DNA of 64,000 nt from Phoronis australis. Taxonomy: Eukaryota; Animalia; Phoronida. Every line of letters starts with the position of its first letter. Position 1 is the stretch's first letter. The notes below the pieces were generated by a model, which saw nothing but the letters and a program-made list of their open reading frames with translations, was not told where the DNA came from and ran no database searches. The stretch lies in assembly GCA_002633005.1 (NCBI GenBank), contig NMRA01000186.1, forward strand, positions 289,479 through 353,478, read 5' to 3'. Position numbers and translations under genes: made by a program. This document shows positions 23,701 to 34,200 of the stretch, piece after piece.

Positions 23701-25059
23701 ACGTACGTTTTACTCCAGACGGTAACTTGTGATAATTTTTCAGTCGGTTTGCTGGTGACAAAATAGTAAATTTATAATGAAGTAAAACCAATTCTGGTGA
23801 TTTGTGAATTTTACGCAGCCTTGTAGAATGAGAACAGTTGATTGAAGAATCGGAAAAAATATGGCCAAAAGGTGGCGCTCTATTTCATGGTGTTAAACAC
23901 CATCACGTATTATTGCTCCACAATTTTATCTGAAGAATATCTGTTTAAAAGTAGTTTTTAGCATCCGTAACCTATTTGGTTTATTCAATTTTGTGTCAGA
24001 CACTATTCTGCCAATTTTTTTCCTCACATCGTTCCATAGGACTTTATTCATATGACCATTTATCAAAGGCTAGTAGACTACATTCAGGTAACTGGCTGAC
24101 CATGAGAACAATGTAGCCTGCTACACGTTTTCATTCTTTATCATGTCACTAGCTAACGTTGAGAAAACTGACAGACCTTGGGACAGAATTTCATACTTTT
24201 CAGCTCTAGACAGCGAATCTGGACGGTGGTGCACATTAAGTCCAACCATTGCCGGCATCTTGATCAGTTGCCAAGTTGGAGTTAGATGACCGTCTTTAAG
24301 AGTCCCACTTTCTTGCTCCGGTGCACCTCCTGTACAGAAGTTTGACCCTACGCTGACCATGTTGCCATTCCCATCGAAATGATGACACACTTTCAGTGGA
24401 AAAACCACATGGCATATGAAACTGATTTGTGAAGATATGCGAGAAAATATTGTTAACATATTCTTGTATGGTAAACCTTCTACTATATATAATCCATCAA
24501 CACCAACGTTCCTCAGTGCATCAAACATCGCAGTGTCTAAATACACTTCGTATGGCTGAAAGTGTAAGAAAAGACGCACAACTCTGATGCTTTTCGTTTG
24601 AAGTATGTCTGTTCTACGTTTCTCGGCTGCAACCTGGCTGGCATTTAAACTCGGCAGTCCGACAGTCACCAAAAAGAAAATCCTTATTTTAGCTTGCATT
24701 CGAAAGAGAACAGATTCTCTAAAGTGCTTTAAAGCTTCTAAAACATTGGTTTCGTTAGACTGTTCACGCGAAATCTCGAAAATGTTTTCCATGATATAAG
24801 TAAGGTCGGAATGCAGATCAATAGAAGTGGTCTCCTGAACGCCTCCGTGGATGGTGTACACAGCAAAACGCGTTCCCCGGCCACCGACGTTCATTACAAA
24901 TCTACCAATAGCAGACTTCAATGCCACCCAGTCTTTGTTACTCCAGGAATATGTGCACTCAATGAAAATTGCCCAGTCAGCTACTGGAAGGGACCAAACA
25001 GAAAAATATTTACAAACACATAGTACAAACAGTGCCCATGCTTCTCCGTGTCTATGCAT
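5107..25059 (-). CDS. Gene A (spliced): vWA + 7 sushi/CCP-like modules + TM type-I membrane protein, ~1028 aa
   Basis: Exons 25059-24177, 16110-15886, 14843-14613, 10759-10529, 10210-9992, 8860-8633, 8163-7978, 6529-6305, 5765-5107. All introns are GT-AG and phase 1; the total of 3087 nt is an open frame. Every exon has a collinear paralogous exon in gene B. Confidence 0.85.
6305..6529 (-). CDS. Gene A exon 8: sushi-like module 7
   Basis: ctcag|GAAGG...TACG|gtaacg, 225 nt; VVTIECTEPF...YQCVSENTW...GC. Confidence 0.88.
7978..8163 (-). CDS. Gene A exon 7: sushi/CCP module 6
   Basis: tttag|ATAGACGATGT...GCAC|gtgagt, 186 nt; CHVPTLEHA...YGETVNYTCLDGY is a clear CCP signature (not in the ORF track). 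Confidence 0.9.
8633..8860 (-). CDS. Gene A exon 6: sushi/CCP module 5
   Basis: tgtag|CAACG...ACTG|gtgagt, 228 nt; STVEWRCDHGY...ECDKHGN...PPPC. Confidence 0.9.
9992..10210 (-). CDS. Gene A exon 5: sushi-like module 4
   Basis: tatag|AGGTGTGC...ATAG|gtattg, 219 nt; 4 Cys, VSVTCDPNAYW...KC...PPAC. Confidence 0.88.
10529..10759 (-). CDS. Gene A exon 4: sushi-like module 3
   Basis: ttccag|GAAATTGC...AAGG|gtaagt, 231 nt; NCIVRIP...WNFKCMDT...AQCSTLG...PPMCK (this frame is not in the ORF track). Confidence 0.88.
11028..12878. repeat. 539-bp near-identical direct repeat (11028-11566 / 12340-12878)
   Basis: About 3 substitutions seen; the first copy ends exactly at the only N I saw (11567). Confidence 0.9.
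13114..13277. repeat. ~165-bp imperfect palindrome, likely from a non-autonomous DNA element
   Basis: ATAGATTATTACATG...TCTAGAGCCC..GTGGATTTT / AAAATCCAC..GGGCTCTAGA...CATGTAATAATCTAT. Confidence 0.8.
14613..14843 (-). CDS. Gene A exon 3: sushi/CCP-like module 2
   Basis: tttag|AG...ACCA|gtaagt, 231 nt; C..GMELKVFCEKGW...C.VSGW...SC fits the CCP C-C-C-W-C pattern. Confidence 0.88.
15088..15292. repeat. Degenerate ~40-bp minisatellite (about 5 units)
   Basis: Recurring GTATTCGGACT..AGACTGTAAAGTCACATA. Confidence 0.7.
15886..16110 (-). CDS. Gene A exon 2: sushi-like module 1 (6 Cys, divergent)
   Basis: gacag|ATTGCGATTGC...TGTGCAG|gtttgt, 225 nt; CDCLLYVP...CLQK..VSYIC...RCD...TC; paralog at 43605-43820. 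Confidence 0.8.
17063..17463. mobile_element. PIF/Harbinger-type MITE
   Basis: Imperfect TIRs GGCGTGGTCTTTAATCTTTGTACTCGAAACG / CGTTTCGAGTAAAAAGATAGGAGACCGGGCC, with CTG duplicated on both sides. Confidence 0.7.
20557..21690. mobile_element. Internally deleted Kolobok-type DNA transposon
   Basis: TTAA at 20553-20556 and 21691-21694; TIRs AGAGTTCCCACCATG / CATGTGTGAACTCT; frameshifted THAP remnant on + (CICGGC..VSVFKF..KW.RFV..LCSAHF). Confidence 0.75.
24177..25059 (-). CDS. Gene A exon 1: signal peptide + vWA domain + Cys-containing linker
   Basis: MHRHGEAWALFVLCVCKYFSVWS|LP resembles a signal peptide. DWAIFIECTYS..DWVALKSAIGRFV..TRFAVYT..ETNVLEAL..FFLVTVG follows the vWA strand/helix pattern. 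Donor CAAG|gtctgt matches the gene B donor position. An alternative is an acceptor at 24983 with an unseen upstream exon. Confidence 0.8.
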
Positions 25060-25065
25060 GCTATG

Positions 25066-25102
25066 GACTGATTGCGTATGCACGTTGCGTGTGATTTAAA
25101 TA
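25066..25102 (-). promoter_or_regulatory. Candidate TATA + Initiator core promoter of gene A
   Basis: TATTTAAA (25102-25095) lies 33 nt upstream of the A in TCAGTC (25071-25066), which is 10 nt before the proposed ATG at 25059. Confidence 0.35.
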
Positions 25103-26499
25103 GCGTGTCGCAAAAAAAGTGCCCACGTCATACGAGGCACTGGGCAAACCCAAGTAGACGTGACATATTTTTACGGTATTTCAGAATTTATCGAAGAAAA
25201 AGTTCACCTTCTTATATTCTTCCATCAATTGCAACTCAACTTATTTCACAATCTCAATAACTTAAATAACATAATCGCCCTTTAGTGAAATGCAACCGTG
25301 GTGTAACCACTTTTGAGATAGTCAAAATGAACACTCGCATGTGACACTGTTTGAGATAAAATAGGTCGAAAACTAAGTCAGCCACACCTATATTTCATAG
25401 AAAACGAAGCACGTCAAAATTAAACATGAACGAAATATAAGTATGTACCTTTTCGTGTAATTTAGTCGAAACGCTAAAATTCCACGTTCTCAATACACAG
25501 AAAAATCGTTTACTTACGCGGAAATAAGACACCGTGAAATATAATTAAAGCATCCAAAGCGTCTAACTGGCATTGCGCATCGAAATCATTCCGTTTTCAA
25601 AAGGATCTCAAGCACTCAATCAACAAGAATTGACCGTAGTGTAAAAGTAGCAGTTCTGTCACAAGTTTCGGCTGTTTAGGTTGATGCAACTAATTTGATG
25701 GACCCATGTTTTTGCAGATTTGTAGGTAAAGATCAAAATACACACTATGAAAATCAACAAAATCAACGATGAATTAAAACTTCGTCGAAGCCCGTAAATT
25801 GATAAAAAGACGACCAAAGAGAAATTGAGCCTGTACACAAAATAAATGCATTGTTGATTAACACGAAAAGAAGATGAATTGTCCTTGCATTTAGTTTAAG
25901 TGGAGGGCAATCGTTTATGGAGTCTCCTGTTGGTTAAATTACTATTTTCTGGATATCCTGGACAAAAATTTCAAGTTAATTTAACCCCAAGGCTCTAATG
26001 AATTATGCACGCGTCACTCCGGAAGTGACGTTAGCGACCCGAATCCATCTCCGCCAGCTCTGTGCGACGAATCATTTTGCACATCAGGACTGGAGTGCAT
26101 AAAACTTCAAAATTGTCCGCTAGATAAGTTTGATTGTTGCATGACGTCAGGTCCATTGTTCAACAGTAGCAACGTGACGCGTGATAATGCGACGTCATTG
26201 TTCCTATACGGCGTATAACTTTTATGCGACAGTTCTACAATATTTTTAGAAGCCGCCCAGTTTTCTCGGACATATCTTGATTGAGCTAGAATTCAGCTGA
26301 GTGAAATTTAGTCATTGTTTGATCTGTAATGCACGAAAATGCAATCGTCGACTACCCGATTACGAATCACTTACATGGTGAAGCTGTACCGGTTGCTGTC
26401 CTTGGACGTTCGGGTGAAATACAAATGTAGCTAGAGCCGCAGTGGCTCATTTACTACCCAAGCCAGCACTAGCGTGTATTATCGCCAGCCGACTAGAGC

Positions 26500-26690
26500 G
26501 ACGTCTTTCGTGAAAATGACAGTGGTTGCAACTCTCGATGCACTCCTCGCAGATGATGATTGAGCAGAGAAGGGAAATACAGACGGTATGTCATCGCTCT
26601 TCAGAACATGTTTAGCAGGTACGTTCACGACGTCTGTGTAATCATAGATTATAGACAACAGATTCGCAGGTTCGGCATTTTCTTACGTGC
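26500..26690 (-). pseudogene. THAP-domain C-terminal remnant (transposon-derived)
   Basis: VPAKHVLKSDDIPSVFP resembles the THAP AVPTIF box. Confidence 0.45.
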
Positions 26691-27036
26691 TAACTGAACT
26701 CTCGTGACCTTTCTGGTACAGTTTCCGGTTAGTGTATTTTGACTAGAAATATTTGCATCTACTTACTGTCCAAAACAACAAAAAAATATTAATTTCGGCA
26801 TTGAAACGCTTTTCAAAGTCTTTCAATAGTAGAAGTGTTGGTATTGTGAGTACTTTTGGCAATGCTACTGGTAATTAATTACAAAATTGCTGATTATGTC
26901 GTCTGCTTGCCCAATAGCAGCATAGTTATCGGACAGTTTTTGATGTATGGTTCACATAGGCCTACTGAAAAAACTACGAAAGCATGTTTATAAATCATTA
27001 TTCTCAAGTGAGCAGTTCTTCTGGGAAGTGTTGAGT

Positions 27037-27093
27037 GGCCCTTAAAAGGGCAGTTGGTTGTAGGTATATTGTGAAATGGTTCTTAAAAGAACC
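27037..27093 (-). other. Two histone-mRNA-type 3' stem-loops
   Basis: CAAC-GGTTCT TTTA AGAACC-A (27093-27078) and AAC-TGCCCT TTTA AGGGCC-AC (27052-27037). Confidence 0.6.
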
Positions 27094-29213
27094 GTTGAAT
27101 AATTCAACATAAACCCCAAAGTATACTATGCTCACTCAAGTACTGAAGGTCCTCTTCATTCAAGTTTTCACCTGGGAAGGTTGGATGAAAACGGAGGAGA
27201 TGACAATATCGATGACAGTTGTAACACCTTATATAAATGTTACCGTTCTCCAACGTTATCACGAACCCTGCCTCTTTCAGTTCTTGTTCCTGGATTCAGA
27301 AATAACCCTGAACCATAGGGAAAAACATACAACGAAAACGAATCAAATTTTGAAAATCATCGCCTTCGTACGATTCCGTGTTGCTGTCGCCAGACTGGTG
27401 TTCCTTCCCAACATCAATGTCGAAAATCGGCGTTACAATTGATGAAAACTTGTGTCCTTTGTTTCTAACTTTTAACCTACTTTTTAAGAAAGGGGTGTAT
27501 TGATTTTGTCTAACGTTGACAGAGCATAACTTTTGGTTTTTACAATGCATTAATTGTGTTGAATGCATTCATATTAGGTGGCTTCACTCAGTTGAACAGC
27601 AAAATAAATTAAATGTAACACAACAAAGTTTGGAAAATAAATAGAACAGGAACAAGACTCCCTAAAAATCGAGCTGTTTTCGAAAACTTTGCGCCATTGG
27701 TGATCTGATTGGTTCATGCATTTACGGCGGGAAAATAATAGACCAAGTATCGTGCACGTGTGCACTGTAGCAATACTTTGTATCTTATTCTTATTGGCCA
27801 ATCTGTTGATACAGTAAATTTCCTTATTTATGCCCATCCTGATATGATTGCAACTTGAGCTTGTTGGGTTCTATCATATATTGGGTTAGCATTGGGACCC
27901 ACATGATGCTTACTCGAATGGGCTTCATTTTACCAAGAATTTCAAATTGAGGTGAAGTAAATGAACAAATTTGGTGATTATCATCACCAGAATTTCATCA
28001 TTAGTATCTTTTGACTGATGCTCAAATTTCCTGAGACTAGGGATTGTCAGATTTGTAAGGTAGAAGTGTTTTGCTGGATTTCCCGGTCTGTGACGTTATT
28101 TATACCGGACCAAAATTAAAAAAACAGACCTTTGTTTAAATCAGGAGCTGCAAGATACACATTTATTAGACGTGCGCAGGCATTACACTGATCACTTGGA
28201 ACCATTTTTATGGCTTATTTATATATAGTTAAACCAACCTGATTCACGGCAATTTTTGGCAGTGGGATTTTCTGAAAAATACTCGTAAGTTGACAACAAA
28301 GTTGGATAGCAATACACTGCACTTTTGTAGAAACTCTGTCATAGGTTACAGATTCGTCAAAGAGCATAAATTTGATGAATTCTAGCTTACGATTTCACCT
28401 GTTTCGGAGACCGAGTTTCAACCGCTTTTGGGCTATAATAAGCGCCCCCTTCCTGAAGCGGATTTTTCTAAGCGCCCTGGCCACTTATTAAAGCGTATAC
28501 GGTAATATTTCAGAAGGGCAATACTTAGTATCCTTTATGCACGGGACCCTTTTGTTACATTAGGAGTGGGATTGGCTCATTATGTACCCTAAAGGTGGCA
28601 TAGGACTTCACAAAACTGGTTGAAGAATTTTGTTTTCGTCATAAACGTTCGTTTCAATGGCTTAAGTTTGGAAATGTTAGGACTTAAGGAAGAAATTTAA
28701 AAACCATTTGTCCACTTACAAAAATTTAACATTGAAGAATAAAAACAACCTTCACACCCCTCTGGTGTTCCTGTTCCATGTTTTCAAAGAAGTTGGTTGC
28801 ATTTTCATAGACTGCAGTCGAGAGATTTTGTGCGGCATATATTCGACATGAAATGAGTGAGTAGATTTTGACTGGTCCAGGTGGTTATTTCTGAAGTATT
28901 AATGTAATCTTTATTTATGTTGAAGATTTTACCAGCGTTCTATTTATTTGTACACGAATGTGCATTTGTTGAAATCGCTGATCCAAATCCTGGCCAAATG
29001 TGCGCATTCTGTTGAGACCAACCGTCTGATCAGGGCCAGCTAAGAGTAATTTGGTTAATTCGCTCACTAGGCTATGACTGAAATTCCTCGTAAGGACAGG
29101 AGTTCATGAGTCGCTACCTTTGGAAGAAATTTAGCGGACAATTTTCGTCAAAAAGTTTACCAGATAGTTTTCATCAAAACGGAGAAAAGAAAAATGGATT
29201 TGTGAGGACAGGA

Positions 29214-29400
29214 TTAAGTAGTAGAGCCTCTTAAAAAACATTCATCTTCGAAGTGCCTTGAACAAATGTATAAAGTCTTATTGCTGAAACAAATGTCATT
29301 CACGTTGAGACAAGAAGTAAGCTTTTCTTCCCGCAGCCGATTATGGGGTCTTCGGATGATATGGAAGCTAACTTTCCTTTGCATTTCGAGTGTGTGGCCA
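29214..29400 (-). pseudogene. THAP-domain remnant (transposon-derived)
   Basis: KVSFH...LYICSRHFEDECF. Confidence 0.6.
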
Positions 29401-30456
29401 AACAACCGGCCAGACAGTAGCCGAACATGATTACCAGACGACGTACTACTTGCCGGAAATTGCACCAGAAAATTTAGCCAGGTGTCGCCAGTGAATAATG
29501 ACGTAAGGGCTTATGCGTAAGATCACAGATTTCGTCCAAACAAAGTATACGGAGTTGGCGGTCCATGTGCTATAGTCTATGGTGTAATTCGCTGGTAAGA
29601 AGAGTTTGCCGCACACGATAGTTTTGCGCCGCTTTAACCGTAGCCATGAACGAGCAACGTGCATTTTCATCATTCATGAGTCAACTCCAACGGATCTTGT
29701 CATCCTATGGAACTCGTCGAAACGCCCTCCTAGGCTGTGGGCAGTTGGCCACAGGGTGTGACCAATGAGAGGGTGGGTGGGTGTCATTGTTGACGTGTTT
29801 GATATCGCAAACTATTGTATTTCATTTAAAAGAAGTCCCCGTGTTTAAATTTGCACCAGAAATTTAACTTCTGAAGTCTATATGGAATAGAGCATATTAA
29901 AAATGAAATTAAATGCCGATAAAGTGTGAAAAGGTAAATACTAATTTCGTACATGGTCGTTACATGACGTCATACATACGCACATTTTGTATTTTTTCAC
30001 AGTAAAATGCAAATTTAAGGCGCCGGACAATGGAAACAACCGTAACCTACCTGGGTACACTGGGGCAGGGGAACGTCACTTAGGGACTGTGGGTTAGGAG
30101 AATGAGGGTGCCGGGAAACACCGCTATGGACCCGAAAAAGAGATAACAAAACATTTCCAAAAACACTGTAGCAGAAAAAAAAACACCTTTGTTCACCTAA
30201 CTGAAGTTGAAATGATTTTTTCTGTGCTAATAAAAATATGTTGAGAATTTTCTATTTTTGTTGGTGACTGGTACTGCAACAATATTTCACCAAATTCACG
30301 CAAGCTTTCTCGCCGATAGCTTTGCGCCCTTAATTCCGGATATTGGCTAAACGTCACGTCATGTAGCCGCCTGAGCGTACTAAATAAGAACGTAGACTGT
30401 ACGGTAAGTAATGTTGTAGAACGCACTATAAAGAGCGTGGTGATTTAAAAATGAAT

Positions 30457-30462
30457 TTTATT
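30457..30462 (-). terminator. Candidate polyadenylation signal of gene B
   Basis: AATAAA on the minus strand about 145 nt after the stop codon. Confidence 0.45.
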
Positions 30463-30605
30463 TGTGTGACTAACAATTACTTCGGTTTAATTGACCAAAC
30501 AAAGTTCACCGTCTGCACCATTAACACAAATAATACATGTACACAGGCACAGTGGGTTGAAGCCAACTGTTACGAGAATGTTTTGTCAATTCCCAACTAT
30601 AGACG

Positions 30606-31246
30606 TCAGTCGTTAGATGAGGACAATCGCAACAACGGGCTTTGTATAGGACTGGGCGAATCGTCATACATCCGCTGTCCCTGAGGTTTTGTACCGCGCT
30701 TCTTGTCTCCGCCAAATACTTTGTACTTATCGCTGCCTAGCGAGTCAACATCGTTGTCCTTCATCCGTCTACGAGACGTCGCTTCTTCAGAGTCGTCACT
30801 GGATTCCACCAGGTCGCTGATGTCTGACATACGTCGACCCAGGTGATCGGAGCCACCTTCGTTTCGTTCGGGCGACTGCTCATCGGCCAGGGCACCGACC
30901 AGGGCGCTGTCTCCACTGCCAGAACCTGGCATTATGCTCTCGTTCCGAATCGCTGCATTTGAACTCTGTGAACCCAATTGGTACTGGGAACCTTCTTGCC
31001 TTTGTGAACCTCCCTCAATTTTGCCACCGAATAGCTGATTGATGAAACCTTGCTGCTTAGCTTTGGCTCTGAGATCATCATCCATGTCCAAATCTTTTTT
31101 GAGCTTACGACGCTTCTCCAGGAACAACCAAAGAAAAGCAAGGATAGCGATGACGATGATGCCAGGGATGATGCCGATAAGGATGTTAGTCAATTGGTCT
31201 TCTGTTTCTACCTGGCTTCTCAGAAGTTCCAACCAGTAATCGCGGG
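30606..31246 (-). CDS. Gene B last exon: transmembrane helix + cytoplasmic tail
   Basis: ttctgcag|CCCGC; ILIGIIPGIIVIAILAFLWLFL followed by EKRRK; TGA ends at 30606. Confidence 0.9.
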
Positions 31247-34200
31247 CTGCAGAAAGAACAGAGAGATGCTTCTGGATGCGACGGAACATTTCGTGTTGAA
31301 CGAGAGAGATAATGAAACTGGTGGAGAGCAGGTCGGCACAAAAAAGGGGGGAAAGAGACAAGGAACCGCGAGGTTTGCGCATAGTGCCGCAGTATTGGTT
31401 CTAGACCTTCCAAACTTCTTATCGATAACAATCATTCTAAAAATTGGGTATGTTACGGTTATCATTGCACTCGAATGGTGGCATAATAAAACGTTAAAAT
31501 TTACTGAATAGCATGGAGAGTAAAAAATGGAAAAGGACGCAAAGTATGCACTTCCGTCGTGCTCGGTGTTCCCTGGGTACAGTGGAATAGCTGTAGTCAT
31601 AAACACTTACTGAAATAATTAAGCTGTAAATTTCCACATTCAAGTGAACACAACCTTAAACCATGGTTAGTTTACCATAGCATCCCAGCATGTGTGGTCT
31701 CCACGTGTTGTCACTCACGCATTGATAATGTTTCGTCATAGACCTATCGAAATGTTCGAATGGCTCCCTGCACTCGATGGTGACCACCGTCCACAGGCCG
31801 TTGACGACGTTGGGTCTGATGGATGTAGGCGCCATCCCTCGCTCCTGATAGGTGATGGTTTGGTTGTCGGGTGAAACCGTGATGGTGCAATTGCTCCTGA
31901 CTGGGTAGACCAAGAAAGTCATGACAGATTGAAATTATCATTGCTTAGGTTAATATAACAAAACTCGCATCAAACTGCACTAATTTTATGAACCACGAAT
32001 GTTTGCATGTTTGGTCTCAGGTGGGAGATATCAATTCTTGTACCGAAGCGATGCAGTGTCAACCGATAGTCGACGGTTTGAAACAGCCTTCAGAATTCGC
32101 AGACTTGTCAAACGTTCTTGGTTCACAGAATCTCAGCATGCACCGATGAGGCATCGAGAAGGTCTTCGTATAGGAGATGTTGGTAGGGAGCCATATTTTG
32201 ACTTCTTGTCGGTGTTACCGTCTTAGGTGACGGGTAACAGGAAACGGTGACGATTGGAAGGATATTCTATATAATTTCGTATTGTCTGGTATGACTTTTT
32301 ACTAATTTGGCATCATTGTTGTTATCCGTATTCCCGGTTGCCCAAGTAACTTTTTGGTCTGGATTTTGAATGAGGGATGGCACTTCCCCTACTTAGTATG
32401 TACATAAAATGCAGAATGAATTTGGTTGCATTACTTACTTGCACATCTGTCTGTTGGCAAAACTATATCCTTTCCTTCGCATCTGTGACTAAATGTGTAT
32501 TTCTCACGTGAAAGGCCGTACCCGTCCAAGCAGGTATAGTTTACGTTATCGCCGAACAAAATGTATGCTGGTGTCGGGGGATCAGACGTGGCGTGCTTCA
32601 TTGCCGGCGCGTGACATCGCCTAACTGAATAAAAACAATTGATGAGACCATTCGCTCGGTAATACAATCATACCTGAATTGAAATTAACTTTTTATCACA
32701 CTGCGCGACCGACAGTTTATTACAGGCATGTGCCCTACTCGTGTAAGACGTATTTGCAATCTCGCAAAAACTTGTATTTTTACTTGTGAAAACGATCTTA
32801 TAATTGTGTTGGCTTCAACTGGTCTGTATGGCTTGTTTAAGGTATTATTCATACAACATGTGTGATAGTTAACAGCCCATTACGAAAATGAAATCGTAAA
32901 TAATGTAATTAAGAGTGTTATTGCGATATGAATTTCAATTCAGACGTCCACCTTATAGGTGTATCCCTTATCATTCAAAAATAGGGTTCGTTGATTATCC
33001 CAGACATATTTTTCACTTATTTACAGCTTTTCGTAATTTAATTAATTACTAGTCGTCTACTCCGGAAGTGTCGTTTTGGGAGGCAAGAATTTCGCGGCAA
33101 TTTCTTTTCATACAGTCTACTGTGAGAGGAGTCGAGGCAGTCATTGTTCTACCTCGGTGGTGATAAGTTCGGTCGTCATTTACGAGTCATTCAACATGCC
33201 ACGCTGTTGCTGCCTACCGAGATGTACTCATTATCGTCTCACGTACAGAGGAAGAACTGTCCCACTTGCCCGAGTGTACCGCGATACACTCCCAGTGGAT
33301 GGCGACTTGAGCACCCAAACTGCTTACAGAGTCCCGCCGTGAGTCTCCCTCGTCACACACGTGGCACCTTCTAAATAGGTCCAATACAAGTCCACAATAA
33401 ACTTATCAAACTTAGGCTCAGCGATCTGTTCATAGGATGACGAACTATACTTTTCACTGGGTGTCAAACTGGGCCTGTATTCACTCCCACTACTCAACAT
33501 AGCTGCAGGGCTGCTTACAGGCTCTGGGCTAAAGACAACAGCACACGGGGAATCACTGCTAGTTCCTGGAATTGCACGCTATGGGGGTACGTTCGGAGGC
33601 ATGGATGACAGTAGATGAAGTGCCTCCAGTCACTGCTTATAGTGGCCACAGCTTCTCGCTTCAAAAACGCACTTCTCGGGGGTGGCGACGGGGCACTGCC
33701 GGGAATCAGCTGGGACGAAATGGAACCCTTCTTCTGGCGTTGTTTCGCAGGGACCTTCATCAATTCAGCGTACATATCTTTGTCGCAATCTGACGGCTGA
33801 AAATGCTTGCCACTGCTTTGTACGTTGCGTGAGCGGGTAGCGGTGCGTTCTTCACACGAACGAGCTAGCCAAGTACGGCGAAATGTGTTATTCTTTGGAA
33901 AGCTATGCATGGTACCCAAAGCGCTTGTGAGACGATAATGAGTACATCCTGGTACGCAGCAGCAGCGCGGCATGTTGACTGACTCGTAAACAAAAGCAGA
34001 CGACGACCGAACTTGTCACATCCGAGGTAGAACAATGACTGGCTTGACAGCTCTTACAGTATGACTGTATGAAAAGAAATTGGCGCGAAATTCTTGCCTC
34101 CCAAAATGTTACTTCCGGAGAAGAGGACGAGAAATTAATTAAATTACGAAAAGCTGTAATTAAGTGAAAAATATGTCTGGGATAATCAACAGACCTTATT

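Noticed and set aside
5107-25059. Naming the genes factor B/C2, SVEP1, CR1, CSMD, selectin or fester
   Set aside because: The domain order and content do not match: no protease, CUB, lectin, EGF, HYR or pentraxin domain, and vWA is N-terminal with a single TM. No gene symbol is justified.
25510-25590. Upstream coding exon ending at a GTAAGT donor
   Set aside because: ATG-initiated frames either hit stops or are in the wrong phase, and an in-frame signal peptide already exists at 25059. It could still be a UTR exon.
31247-31382. N-terminal extension of ORF 30606..31382
   Set aside because: It lies upstream of a clear acceptor that is conserved in gene A, where the equivalent frame is closed; it is intron sequence
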